Source: Flavobacteriales bacterium
GTDB taxonomy: Bacteria; Bacteroidota; Bacteroidia; Flavobacteriales_C; GCA-002722245
DNA length: 64,000 nucleotides
NCBI GenBank assembly: GCA_038154685.1
Contig: JAYPYW010000002.1
Coordinates: forward strand, 51,070 to 115,069
Direction of reading: 5' to 3'
The number at the start of each line of letters is the position of its first letter. Within the stretch, counting starts at the first letter, position 1. The position numbers were made by a program, and so were the translations under genes. Below are positions 1-9,199 of the stretch, piece after piece. Under the pieces are notes generated by a model that searched no databases, had not been told where the DNA came from, and saw nothing but the letters and a program-made list of their open reading frames with translations.

Positions 1-1071
1 TTGGATACTCTCGAAAGTTTGTCCAAATAATAATGGTCTGTCACCGTACTGCTCACGATTTAAGTAAGGAAGTAAAGTCAAGATGTTTTCTGGATTATTC
101 TCATCCATTGGTGGGTTAGCTGCAGATCTAATTACAATCATCGCGAATGATGAATAACCAATTAGAATAACCATCACCATTAAAATTGCTTTCTGCAAAT
201 CAGCAAAACCTTTTTTCTTCGAGTAGATGATTCCTCCTATTAAAAGGACTGTAATGATTAAGAAGTAAATCCACATTCCGCTATCAAATGGAAGTCCTAG
301 ATCGTTAACAAAGAATAACTCAAACTTAGTTGCAAACTCAACAGAGTATGAAATAACAACTTGCTGAACAATTCCTAAAATTATTACACCAATTACGCCA
401 GTAATAAAGAAACCTTTTAGGGTAGCCTTGTTTTTATTGAAGTAATAGATGTATACAATAGCTGGTATAACCAATAAGTTCAGGATGTGAACCCCGATTG
501 AAAGCCCCATTAAGTAAGCAATCAATATTAAGTATCTATCAGCATATGGCTTGTGCGCATTTGCATCCCATTTTAAGGCCAACCAGAATACAGCTGCAGT
601 ATATAATGACGATGCAGCATATACTTCAGCCTCTACCGCAGAAAACCAAAATGAATCCGAGAATGTAAAGGCTAACGCTCCTACAATTCCACTAAACATA
701 ATCCCCCAAGTATGACCTGTAGTTAATTCGCTAGATTTTAAAGTAATTTTCTTTGCCAGCGCAGTGATACTCCAGAAAAGGAATAAGATTGTAAAGGATG
801 AACAAAGCGCTGAAAAAACATTAACAGCATAAGCAATATATTCGGTGTTTCCTGTAAATGCCTCAGCAACTGCGGCAAACATTCTTGCTTTCATACTCCA
901 TAATGGTGCACCAGGAGGGTGACCAACTTGCAATTTAGTTGCGGATGCTATGAATTCCCCACAGTCCCAAAAACTAGCGGAAGACTCAATTGTAAGCACA
1001 TAAATAATTGTAGAAAATAAAAGAACTGCCCAACCAGTTACATTATTTATAAAAGAATATCTTTTCTCCAT
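1..1071 (-). CDS. Multi-pass membrane protein of the DUF2723 (TMEM260-like, glycosyltransferase-like) family. N-terminus is at 1071; the C-terminus runs off the window start.
   Basis: The reverse-strand frame is open from the ATG at 1071 to position 1 (357 codons). The translation starts MEKRYSFINNVTGWAVLLFSTIIYVLTIESSASFWDCGEFIASATKLQVGHPPGAPLW, which contains the W-D-x-G-E-F motif of DUF2723 proteins, and is followed by many hydrophobic helices. The ORF track omits it because it is truncated by the window edge. Confidence 0.5.
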   Translation of the reverse strand, partial: MEKRYSFINNVTGWAVLLFSTIIYVLTIESSASFWDCGEFIASATKLQVGHPPGAPLWSMKARMFAAVAEAFTGNTEYIAYAVNVFSALCSSFTILFLFWSITALAKKITLKSSELTTGHTWGIMFSGIVGALAFTFSDSFWFSAVEAEVYAASSLYTAAVFWLALKWDANAHKPYADRYLILIAYLMGLSIGVHILNLLVIPAIVYIYYFNKNKATLKGFFITGVIGVIILGIVQQVVISYSVEFATKFELFFVNDLGLPFDSGMWIYFLIITVLLIGGIIYSKKKGFADLQKAILMVMVILIGYSSFAMIVIRSAANPPMDENNPENILTLLPYLNREQYGDRPLLFGQTFESIQ

Positions 1072-1264
1072 TTCGTAAAATTACTTTCATAAACCTCAAA
1101 TAGTCTAGCCCTTTAACGCTTATTAAGTTTAATTAACCCTTTAAAGCAGGCGAATAAGAGGCCGTCATGATATAAAAATGACCGAGCGAAAATAAAAAAA
1201 ACTCAGCAGAATACACCACTAGTTTTGAATTAGTATTTTATTACTTTGCTAAAGTTATAGCAAA

Positions 1265-1296
1265 CAAAAAGGCCCACAAATGCGGGCCTTTTTGTT
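1265..1296. terminator. Bidirectional rho-independent terminator (A-run, GC hairpin, T-run).
   Basis: The sequence is acaaaaa-GGCCCacaaatgcGGGCC-tttttg. An aggccc/gggcct stem is flanked by an A-run on one side and a T-run on the other, between two convergent minus-strand genes. Confidence 0.55.
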
Positions 1297-1325
1297 TGTT
1301 GGGATAAACCCTACAAAAACAATTA

Positions 1326-1883
1326 TTAATCAACTACTACTGATCTTTCTGCATAATGAATTTCTGTATGTTGAATAGAACCAGAACCATCGTTTTGGAT
1401 AAATACGCCATAATCTGTCTCATCAGTATCTATTCCAGAAACGTCAGACGTCTTTTCACCGTTCATGTAAATACCTCCCCAATCCTGAATAGATGGAACA
1501 CCTATCTTTTCATTAATCGATGAGAAAATAATTCTTTCAGTTGTTGTTCCAACCGCAGAAATTGAACCCGTTGAAGTAACCGCTAAATAAGAAGGCTCAG
1601 AAGAAACATTCCCATAAATAAAAGTTCCTGGTTGAATTTTTAAAACTCCACCATCTTTTACTTGAACTGCTCCATCGATTACCCAATTCTTATTAGATGT
1701 CATTTCAAACTCTGTAGTAATATCACCTTTAACAAAGAAGAATGGTTCCCCGCCAACATCTTCAACTGAAATAATTGCATCACCCTCCTGGTACGAAAAC
1801 TCATGCTCTACTTCTTCCTTTTGACATGATGCTAAAACAGCAATAAATAACCCTCCTAGCAATCCAAATTTCAATTTATTCAT
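1326..1883 (-). CDS. Hypothetical lipoprotein
   Basis: N-terminus MNKLKFGLLGGLFIAVLASCQKEE is a signal peptide with a lipobox Cys (LASC). Translation is Gly/Thr/Ser-rich, consistent with a beta-rich fold. I recognise no family. Confidence 0.45.
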   Translation of the reverse strand: MNKLKFGLLGGLFIAVLASCQKEEVEHEFSYQEGDAIISVEDVGGEPFFFVKGDITTEFEMTSNKNWVIDGAVQVKDGGVLKIQPGTFIYGNVSSEPSYLAVTSTGSISAVGTTTERIIFSSINEKIGVPSIQDWGGIYMNGEKTSDVSGIDTDETDYGVFIQNDGSGSIQHTEIHYAERSVVVD

Positions 1884-2212
1884 AATACTACTTTTTAATT
1901 TATTAACTCAAAGTTAACATTAATTTAACCTGTTTAACGTAAAAAACCAAATAAAGTTTCGATTTCTATATAATCTACGCTTATAAAAGTGAATGTTTTC
2001 GAAGGTTATATGATTTTAACACACATCGCTTTGTTAACTTCGTGTTAACATGACATCACTTTAGGTTAACAAACAAAACCATGGATTGGCTTAAAAAGAA
2101 ATTAGATCCTTCGATTCCTCAGGATGACGAGAACTTGTTATATTTCTTAGGTCAAAACAACTAAAATCTACGATTCGATTCTACCCCTAAAAAATACCTA
2201 TCTTGTTTACCA

Positions 2213-2674
2213 ATGTCTGAAACGGTGTTAATTTTTAAAACTAGAAGAAGAGATTACAATCAGAGAGATAGCACATACGGCATCTTCATTTTGTGCTTTT
2301 TTATTTACCTAATGTTTTTTGGGCTAACCATCTGGGTAAAGTTATCAGCAATACCTTTAATTATTGGATGGTTATACCTTTGGAACCTAGGAATTAGCAA
2401 GATTACTATCCAAAATGATGGAATCTATCTTCACCGACTTTTCAAAACAGAGAAAATAGAACCCAATAATGTTGTTAAAATTTACTTTAACCCTCAGATT
2501 TCAATTGAAAGTCCAGTCAGATTAATCGTCAAACGATCAAATGGAAAGAAAAAGAACCTACCTCTTTGTGGGGAGCTCTTTGAATACAAGGAACTCCTTA
2601 ACAATTTTTCTAATATCTATAAAATAGATCAACAGTTATTAACTAAACTGAAAAACGATAAGGTTACTTGGTAA
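2213..2674 (+). CDS. Hypothetical small membrane protein
   Basis: 153 aa with two hydrophobic segments (FILCFFIYLMFFGLTIWV and IPLIIGWLYLWNLGI) followed by a soluble tail. I recognise no family. Confidence 0.3.
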   Translation: MSETVLIFKTRRRDYNQRDSTYGIFILCFFIYLMFFGLTIWVKLSAIPLIIGWLYLWNLGISKITIQNDGIYLHRLFKTEKIEPNNVVKIYFNPQISIESPVRLIVKRSNGKKKNLPLCGELFEYKELLNNFSNIYKIDQQLLTKLKNDKVTW

Positions 2675-2765
2675 TTAATTACCTTAAAGAAACCATATTT
2701 TATGAGAAATGGAATTTTGAAAATTAGCTCGACCCTCTGAAATTGGTGCAAATTAGGTTTATGAT

Positions 2766-3956
2766 TCAGGGCTTAAGGATTGTTTTAGTTAAATCATTAT
2801 ATATTCTTTCTCCTATTAATTTATACCCTTTAGGACGCATATGTTCATCATAATTCCAGAATAAATGATTTCCTTTATCTTCTTCTTTTTTAACAACTTG
2901 AGTAAGGTCTAAGAATGGAACTTTAAATCGCAAACATTGTTGCGCGATGGCAATTTGATGTTGGTTATATTCAGAAGTGGTTAAATCAAAATTTTCAGCT
3001 GGGAATCCAAAGGTCATTTCCCTCTCAAAGGGATAATAATGTTGCGAAATTTGGTTTCTACTTGGTATGTAAATGATTACGGGAATAGTATTATTCTTTT
3101 TGCATATGAATTGAAAGAAAGGAATAGTTTCTCCTAATTTTGGAGGTTTTTTTAAGCAAGCTTCCTCCTTAGCAAAAGCATTTACTAGGAAGGGATTTAC
3201 TTTCCCCGCTTTCATTTCCATAGCTAATTTCTGACTAATATTTTCTGAAAGAATTTTTTCATGTCTGGTCCATGGGTTTGTTGAATCAGGAACGGCCATT
3301 ATATAGGGTCTTTCTTTTCCTCCCCAAGCCGGAAGAAGTGGTCCGTGGTAATCAAGCTGTTTTATTACCTCTATAATTCTTGGTATAGCTTTATTGTAAA
3401 ATTCGGGCTCTAAAAAATAACTAGGGACAATTGGTTCCTTCTTCCCAAGGTCATTGGCATAAATACATAAAATGGTCATATCCGGCTTTAACAAAGGAAT
3501 AATATCAGCTGAGAGTTGTAAGTCCGCATCAAGTCCAATTCCTGCAATTCCAGCGTTTAAAACGTCTAAGAAATCTGCTGAGTCTTTTGCTTTGAAAAAA
3601 TCTGTTAATTGCTCATTATCTTGGGCCATCATCCCCTCAACAAAGCTGTCTCCAATAAAAAGCACCGGTTTTTTTCCTTTTGGTTTTTGAAGCTCCCATT
3701 CTTTGTCACGAAACCCATAAAGGTTCATGGTGTGCTGAAAAATATGAGCTGTATCTAATGAAGATTGCCAGGTCCATGATTTATTTCTGCTGTAATCTTC
3801 CTCGGCATGATGATTACCCAGCTCCATAAACTTTACACGATCGAAATTAGAAACGTCAGGTATAGGGAAAACAATACGAAAAACTACCTCTTGAAATACG
3901 AAGAGACAAACTAGATAAATAATCCATTGTTTTAAAGACAGTCTTTTTGAGGACAT
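2766..3956 (-). CDS. SGNH/GDSL-type hydrolase family protein
   Basis: N-terminal membrane anchor. A GDSF block (VLFIGDSFVEG) lies near the N-terminus of the catalytic domain, and a D-x-x-H block (NYDEHMRPKGY) lies near the C-terminus, as expected for SGNH hydrolases. Confidence 0.5.
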   Translation of the reverse strand: MSSKRLSLKQWIIYLVCLFVFQEVVFRIVFPIPDVSNFDRVKFMELGNHHAEEDYSRNKSWTWQSSLDTAHIFQHTMNLYGFRDKEWELQKPKGKKPVLFIGDSFVEGMMAQDNEQLTDFFKAKDSADFLDVLNAGIAGIGLDADLQLSADIIPLLKPDMTILCIYANDLGKKEPIVPSYFLEPEFYNKAIPRIIEVIKQLDYHGPLLPAWGGKERPYIMAVPDSTNPWTRHEKILSENISQKLAMEMKAGKVNPFLVNAFAKEEACLKKPPKLGETIPFFQFICKKNNTIPVIIYIPSRNQISQHYYPFEREMTFGFPAENFDLTTSEYNQHQIAIAQQCLRFKVPFLDLTQVVKKEEDKGNHLFWNYDEHMRPKGYKLIGERIYNDLTKTILKP

Positions 3957-4024
3957 ACTCGCAAAAATATGCTATATTTTCGGATCTGAATTGTGAATTA
4001 ACTTTCTAGAAAAACCTTAATAAA

Positions 4025-4052
4025 CAAAAAAGCCCATCCATGGATGAGCTTT
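4025..4052 (-). terminator. Rho-independent terminator immediately 3' of tRNA-Gln
   Basis: On the minus strand the sequence reads agctcatccatggatgggct and is followed by ttttttgttt. The 9-10 bp stem has one mismatch. Confidence 0.4.
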
Positions 4053-4059
4053 AAAGGTG

Positions 4060-4130
4060 TTACCCGACAGGGATTCGAACCCCGACAGACAGTACCAAAA
4101 ACTGTAGTGCTACCGTTACACCATCGGGCA
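4060..4130 (-). tRNA. tRNA-Gln(TTG)
   Basis: Hand-folded cloverleaf. Acceptor stem TGCCCGA/TCGGGTA (one G-U pair). D-stem GTG/CAC. Anticodon stem ACAGT/ACTGT with loop TTTTGGT (U33, anticodon UUG, purine at 37). T-stem CGGGG/CCCTG with loop TTCGAAT. Discriminator A. No CCA is encoded. Confidence 0.75.
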
Positions 4131-4199
4131 AACTAATTGCGGGCACAAAATTAATGCATTTTTCCCTTTGGAGCAAAATTTCTTTTGTTTTTCTGGTAG

Positions 4200-4991
4200 T
4201 TAGGTTAAATCTTGCTTTAAAAGCTCGAATAATTGAGACTCATTTTCTCGTTTCAAATAAGGGTATCCCACCTTTGAAAGATACAACCCATTGGGAGGAG
4301 CAATTTTCAAATTAGTTATATCTCTTGGGTTTAATAGATAATCCTCAAACTCTTCAACTGTAATTTGTTTCCTGCCCACTTTTAATAATCCAGCTATTAA
4401 TATTCGATTCATCCCTTTTAAGAATCTATCACCAGTAATTGAAAACCTTAAGCGACCTTTTTTATCGTCTATAAAAAGTTCCGATCTAGTAATATCACAT
4501 TTTGTATGATTATGTACTTCGGGTTGCAAACAGAATGCTCTGAAGTTTATATAATTCTTTACAATTGATGCTGCACTTTGCATCAATTCAAAATTTAATG
4601 CTTCATAATTAAATAGGGTACTATACTTATCTAGAAACGGATCTGGTTTTGTGTGCAAAAAATAATCATATGATCTACTTTCTGCATCGTACCTGCAATG
4701 CTTATCATCTTCAACCTCTATCACCTCAAATAATGAAATTGATGTTGGTAAATGCTGGTTAAGGACAAATTTCACATCAAAGGTTGGTTTTTCATTTAGT
4801 TCTACATGAAAGAAATACTGACTCGCATGAACGCCTTTATCTGTTCTTCCGCAACCAAAAACTGTGATTTTCATTTTAAATACCTTTTCCAGTTTTTGCT
4901 CCAAGTCCTGCTGGATTGTAAATGAATTTGGTTGCCATTGCCATCCCGAGTACCTAGAACCATCATAAGCGATATGGAAAAATAAGCGCAT
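4200..4991 (-). CDS. truA: tRNA pseudouridine(38-40) synthase TruA
   Basis: Translation MRLFFHIAYDGSRYSGWQWQP...CGRTDKGVHASQYFFHVEL carries the TruA catalytic-Asp motif GRTDKGVHA. Length is 263 aa. Confidence 0.85.
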   Translation of the reverse strand: MRLFFHIAYDGSRYSGWQWQPNSFTIQQDLEQKLEKVFKMKITVFGCGRTDKGVHASQYFFHVELNEKPTFDVKFVLNQHLPTSISLFEVIEVEDDKHCRYDAESRSYDYFLHTKPDPFLDKYSTLFNYEALNFELMQSAASIVKNYINFRAFCLQPEVHNHTKCDITRSELFIDDKKGRLRFSITGDRFLKGMNRILIAGLLKVGRKQITVEEFEDYLLNPRDITNLKIAPPNGLYLSKVGYPYLKRENESQLFELLKQDLT

Positions 4992-5027
4992 CGTTCAAAA
5001 TTAAGCTTTCTTGGTTAGCTTTGTAAC

Positions 5028-5492
5028 ATGAGATTATTTTTGTTGAACTTACTTTTATTATCGGTCACTTTAGGATTTTCGCAATCTGTTGATAGACCTT
5101 TAACTTTTGTAAAGGAAATGCCATACTTCCCAGAATGTAAGGGCAGAAACAATAGCGAAAGGGATATTTGTACCCGAAAAAAAATCAGTACATATATCTC
5201 TCTAAACTTTGTTTATCCGGAAGAAGCCCGAGAAAAGAATATCCAAGGAACTGTTTATGTCCAATTTGTGGTAAATACTTTAGGTAAGGTAGAACAGGTT
5301 AAAGTTAAAAAAGGTGTTCACCCATTGTTAGACGATGCTGCTGTAAAAGCGGTTAAAAAATTACCCGTTTTTGTTCCTGGAAAACAACTCGAAAAACCTG
5401 TTGCTATAATTTATTCTTTGCCCGTAAAGGTTTCGTTTGACGAATCACCTACTGAAAAAAGAAAGGCAAAAAGAGAAAAGCGAAAAGGATAA
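5028..5492 (+). CDS. Secreted TonB C-terminal-domain protein
   Basis: Signal peptide MRLFLLNLLLLSVTLGFSQS. The body (YPEEAREKNIQGTVYVQFVVNTLGKVEQVKVKKGVHPLLDDAAVKAVKKLP) matches the TonB_C fold signature. A Lys-rich tail follows. There is no proline-rich linker or transmembrane anchor. Confidence 0.45.
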   Translation: MRLFLLNLLLLSVTLGFSQSVDRPLTFVKEMPYFPECKGRNNSERDICTRKKISTYISLNFVYPEEAREKNIQGTVYVQFVVNTLGKVEQVKVKKGVHPLLDDAAVKAVKKLPVFVPGKQLEKPVAIIYSLPVKVSFDESPTEKRKAKREKRKG

Positions 5493-5493
5493 A

Positions 5494-5524
5494 AAAAGCC
5501 CCACATAACTGTGAGGCTTTTATA
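5494..5524. terminator. Imperfect GC hairpin plus T-run between convergent genes
   Basis: The sequence is aaaaaaagccccacataactgtgaggcttttatatttt. It lies between the + gene ending at 5492 and the - gene ending at 5527. Confidence 0.3.
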
Positions 5525-5526
5525 TT

Positions 5527-7077
5527 TTAAACATCTAATTCCTTTCCATCAGGATCGTAAAAATGATATTCTAGAATCTCGTTTTCGAACATTGGTAAAA
5601 TTTCCAATTTCGCTCCAATTCTTTTTTGGATCTTTTTCTTCTCATTTGAAAAGAATCCTTTAGTTAAATACGATTCAACGTAAGGGTGAACAGAAACTCT
5701 TAATTTAGATAGGCCTTTAGACTTAACCAATGAGCTTGCTTGTCCTTCCATTGTTTGAACTAAATTAATACTAGCGTCAACTTTTCCAGATCCAGTACAA
5801 GAAGGACAAACCTCTGTTGTTACAACTTTAGTTGCCGGACGAACCCTCTGACGCGTAATTTCAATTAATCCAAACTTACTTGGTGGGGTTAAACTGTGTT
5901 TCGCACGATCATCTTTCATGCAATCCTTCATATGCTGAAAAAGCTTCTTTCTGTTAGCCGGCTTTTTCATATCAATGAAATCAACAACAATAATTCCTCC
6001 CATATCTCTCAACCTCAATTGGCGTGCAACTTCTTCTGCAGCCTCAAGGTTAACAGCTAATGCATTTTCTTCTTGGTTGGCGTTTTCATGAGAACGGTTT
6101 CCAGAGTTTACATCAATAACGTGACATGCCTCTGTATGTTCAATCACCAAATAAACACCACTTTTAGAGGTAACAGTTTGTCCAAATGATTGTTTGATTT
6201 CCTTTGAAATTTTGAAGTGCTCAAAAATCGGCAATCTACCATCATATAAACTAACAATCCCTCTCTTTTTAGGAGCCTTTTCTTCGATATAATCACTTAC
6301 TTCATTAAAAAGCGTTTCATCATCAACATGAATCGCTTCGAATGAACTATTGAATACATCTCTTAAAATTGCTGAAGTACGGCTTAATTCTCCTAAAACC
6401 CTATCCGCAACTTTTGCAGATTTTAAGTTAGTATGAATGTTATCCCACTTCGAAAGTAGATCCTCTAAATCCTTTTGAAGCTCAGCCACTTTCTTATCCT
6501 GAGCATTTGTTCGTACAATTACTCCGAAATTTTTAGGCTTAATACTTTTGATTAACTTTTTTAGTCGATCTTTTTCCTTCCTGTTTCCAATTCTTTGTGA
6601 GACTGAAACTCTTTCGGAAAAAGGAACTAAAACTAAATACCTTCCTGGGATGGAAAGCTCGGAACCAATTCTTGGTCCTTTGGTACTAATAGGCTCTTTA
6701 GCTACTTGAACAAGAACTTCTTGCCCAGCATCTAAAACTTCGCTCATTGTACCAGTTTTTTCTATATCCGCTTCACTTTTAAAGTAAAGCAGATTACTGG
6801 TTTTCTCCTTACCCTCTCTCGTTCGTTTAACAAACTTATTTAAGGATAATACTTGTGGTCCTAAATCAAAATAATGAAGGAACGCGTCCTTCTCGTATCC
6901 TACATCAACAAAAGCTGCATTTAAACTAGGAAGTACTTTTCTTACTTTACCTAAGTAAATATCTCCTACAGCAAACTTTGTGTCTTTAGGTTCTTTATGC
7001 AGCTCCACTAACTGCTTATCCTTAAGTAATGCTATTAAAACTTCTGAGGGTGTAGAACTTAATACTAATTCGTACAC
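5527..7077 (-). CDS. rng: Ribonuclease E/G family (Rne/Rng)
   Basis: 516 aa. S1-like region (GDIYLGKVRKVLPSLNAAFVDVGYEKDAFLH), catalytic core with DVNSG, and Zn-link cysteines (CPSCTGSG). These are hallmarks of the RNase E/G catalytic domain. Confidence 0.8.
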   Translation of the reverse strand: MYELVLSSTPSEVLIALLKDKQLVELHKEPKDTKFAVGDIYLGKVRKVLPSLNAAFVDVGYEKDAFLHYFDLGPQVLSLNKFVKRTREGKEKTSNLLYFKSEADIEKTGTMSEVLDAGQEVLVQVAKEPISTKGPRIGSELSIPGRYLVLVPFSERVSVSQRIGNRKEKDRLKKLIKSIKPKNFGVIVRTNAQDKKVAELQKDLEDLLSKWDNIHTNLKSAKVADRVLGELSRTSAILRDVFNSSFEAIHVDDETLFNEVSDYIEEKAPKKRGIVSLYDGRLPIFEHFKISKEIKQSFGQTVTSKSGVYLVIEHTEACHVIDVNSGNRSHENANQEENALAVNLEAAEEVARQLRLRDMGGIIVVDFIDMKKPANRKKLFQHMKDCMKDDRAKHSLTPPSKFGLIEITRQRVRPATKVVTTEVCPSCTGSGKVDASINLVQTMEGQASSLVKSKGLSKLRVSVHPYVESYLTKGFFSNEKKKIQKRIGAKLEILPMFENEILEYHFYDPDGKELDV

Positions 7078-7166
7078 GATGATCAGATTTATGTATAAAT
7101 AGAATATGCTAGCCCCTGCAAAGGAACTAGCAACAATTAATTAAGGAAAGAATAAGAAGAAGTATA

Positions 7167-7256
7167 TTACTTCTTCTTATGTCTGTTTTTTCTTAATCTC
7201 TTTTTACGCTTGTGCGTAGCCATCTTATGTCTTTTTCTTTTCTTTCCGCTTGGCAT
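7167..7256 (-). CDS. Unannotated 29-aa Lys/Arg-rich peptide. Candidate ribosomal protein bS22 (AURKAIP1/mS38-like).
   Basis: It reads ATG at 7256 to TAA at 7167 and translates to MPSGKKRKRHKMATHKRKKRLRKNRHKKK. It is absent from the ORF track because it is under 60 aa. It lies in the HU/RNase G intergenic region on the same strand. The K/R pattern with a central K-M-A/S resembles mycobacterial bS22 (...[20 protein letters not shown]...). Confidence 0.4.
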   Translation of the reverse strand: MPSGKKRKRHKMATHKRKKRLRKNRHKKK

Positions 7257-7300
7257 AATTTTTTAATTTAAACGTTTGTAAAATATTATTAATCAGCTAA

Positions 7301-7591
7301 TTACTTAACTGTAGTCTCACTCTTCACTTTGTCAACGAAAACTTTCGCAGGCTTGAATGCTGGTACGAAGTGTTCTGGAATAATGATCGTAGTATTTTTA
7401 GAGATGTTTCTTCCTGTTTTTTGTGCTCTTTTCTTAACAATGAAGCTTCCAAAACCTCTTAAATATACGTTCTCACCTTCTGTTAAAGACGCTTTTACTG
7501 ATTTCATAAACGCTTCAACTGTTGCTTGAACTGCTACTTTTTCAATTCCTGTCTTCTCCGAAATTTCATTCACGATATCCGCCTTGGTCAT
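7301..7591 (-). CDS. hup: HU-family DNA-binding protein
   Basis: 96 aa, MTKADIVNEISEKTGIEKVAVQATVEAFM...GFGSFIVKKRAQKTGRNISKNTTIIIPE. This is the classic HU/IHF fold including the beta-arm R-N-P-x-T-like region. Confidence 0.8.
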   Translation of the reverse strand: MTKADIVNEISEKTGIEKVAVQATVEAFMKSVKASLTEGENVYLRGFGSFIVKKRAQKTGRNISKNTTIIIPEHFVPAFKPAKVFVDKVKSETTVK

Positions 7592-7735
7592 CTCTTCTGT
7601 AATTTATTTATTTATAATTTTATTGCTGACTTCCGTTTTTTTCAAACGGGGGTGCAAATTTACATGATTTCTTTCGGTTATGGAAGAAAAAAAATGACTT
7701 TTTTCTGTTAACTGTTTCAAAACTAATAATTTGAC

Positions 7736-8702
7736 TTGGAAAACTTTAGCGAAAAACTAAGGGATTGGTACAAAGAAAACAAAAGGGATTTACCCTGGAG
7801 ACATACCTCAAACCCTTTTAAAATATGGCTTTCAGAAATAATGCTCCAACAAACGAGAGTGGAACAAGGGATGAGTTATTATTTAAAATTTACCGAAAGG
7901 TTTAATGACGTTAAGGACCTTGCTGAAGCTTCTGAGGATGAAGTATTAAGCATGTGGCAAGGATTAGGGTATTACAGTAGAGGGAGAAATCTAAGGAAGG
8001 CTGCCATCCAGGTTATGGAGGAATTTGAAGGGCAATTCCCAACTAACTCTACCGACCTTAAAAAATTGAAAGGCGTTGGAGATTACAGCGCTGCGGCTAT
8101 TGCCAGTTTCTCCAGTAATGAAAAAATAGCTGTTGTTGATGGGAATGTTTACCGCGTTTTATCACGAATTTTTGGGATTTCTACTCCCATCGACTCAACA
8201 CAAGGAAAAAAGGAATTCAATAGTTTAGCGAACGAACTAATTTCTGAAAACCACCCTGGAGAACACAACCAAGCAATTATGGAGTTTGGTGCGTTGCATT
8301 GTACGCCCAAAAAACCAGGATGTAATAATTGCATGTGAAGCTTTTAATAATCAAACCGTTTTTAACCTTCCTGTAAAAAGCAAAAAAATTAAACGAAAAA
8401 ATAGGTTTTTTAATTTTTATTTATCAATTAAAAAAAACAAAATTCTGCTAGAAAAAAGAGACGAAAGTGGTATATGGGCAAACATGTATCAATTACCTCT
8501 TGAGGAGACAAAATCAGCTAAGCAAGAGTATGGAATTATCTATGAAACCAAGCACGTACTAACCCATCAAGACTTGTTTTGCACTTTTTTTAAGGATGAT
8601 AATCCTGACGAAACAAATAGAGAATGGGTAAAACTATCTGAGCTCCATAGTTATGCTTTACCAGTAGTTATTGATAAGTTTTTAAAGCAATATTTCAAAT
8701 AA
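7736..8702 (+). pseudogene. mutY: A/G-specific adenine DNA glycosylase MutY, disrupted by a frameshift or deletion
   Basis: ORF 7736..8338 carries the HhH-GPD glycosylase domain and ends ...HCTPKKPGCNNCM-stop. ORF 8286..8702 is in the +1 frame and continues with MutY sequence (ACEAFNNQTVFNLPVKSKKIKRKNRFFNFYL..GIWANMYQLP, the NUDIX-like C-terminal domain). Only 1 nt separates the third and fourth cluster cysteines, where the invariant C-x6-C-x2-C-x5-C motif requires 15 nt. Confidence 0.7.
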
Positions 8703-8748
8703 GCCAAGAGCAATTACTATATTAGTTTAGCAATTTAATTAACCACAC

Positions 8749-9189
8749 ATGGCAGGAGTAAACAAAGTAATTTTAGTAGGGAATTTAGGAAAGGATCCTG
8801 AAGTAAGACATTTAGAAAACGGGACCACGGTAGCCAACTTCCCAATCGCTACTTCTGAAAGTTATAAGGACAGAGAAGGTAACCGTGTGGATCAAACTGA
8901 GTGGCACAATGTGGTGGTTTGGAGAAAATTAGCTGAGATTGCAGAAAGTTATCTTAAAAAAGGAAGTCAGATTTACCTTGAAGGAAAATTAAGAACCCGT
9001 TCATGGGATGATCCACAAGGAAACAAAAGATACACAACTGAAGTTGTTGCCGATACATTTACAATGTTAGGTAAAAGAGAGGATGCAGGAGGAATGCAAG
9101 GAGGTGCAAATTATCAAGCACCAAGTGCTCCTCAAAACAACGCAGCGGCTAATAATACCGTTGAAGAGGAAGACGATTTACCATTTTAA
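8749..9189 (+). CDS. ssb: Single-stranded DNA-binding protein
   Basis: OB-fold N-terminus ([34 protein letters not shown]...WHNVVVW), Gly/Gln/Asn-rich linker, and acidic tail ending DDLPF. Confidence 0.9.
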   Translation: MAGVNKVILVGNLGKDPEVRHLENGTTVANFPIATSESYKDREGNRVDQTEWHNVVVWRKLAEIAESYLKKGSQIYLEGKLRTRSWDDPQGNKRYTTEVVADTFTMLGKREDAGGMQGGANYQAPSAPQNNAAANNTVEEEDDLPF

Positions 9190-9199
9190 TTTATAGCTC

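Noticed and set aside
3472-3690. Many short ORFs from the six-frame track that lie inside or antisense to longer genes, for example 3472..3690, 7329..7529, 7526..7711, 8149..8334, 9277..9519, 10530..10742, 12472..12675, 13609..13839, 19952..20209, 25424..25636, 31198..31383, 37274..39884 (several), 47249..47581, 49512..49853, 56906..57100, 58644..58997, 59639..61954 (several), and 62438..62719
   Set aside because: Each is fully embedded in, or antisense to, a long ORF that has clear family signatures. They have low-complexity or atypical composition and no motifs. I treat them as spurious shadow ORFs.
4060-4130. tRNA-Gln as a genomic-island integration site
   Set aside because: No integrase, direct repeat of the tRNA 3' end, or compositionally distinct block flanks the tRNA. 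The neighbours are truA and ordinary envelope genes.
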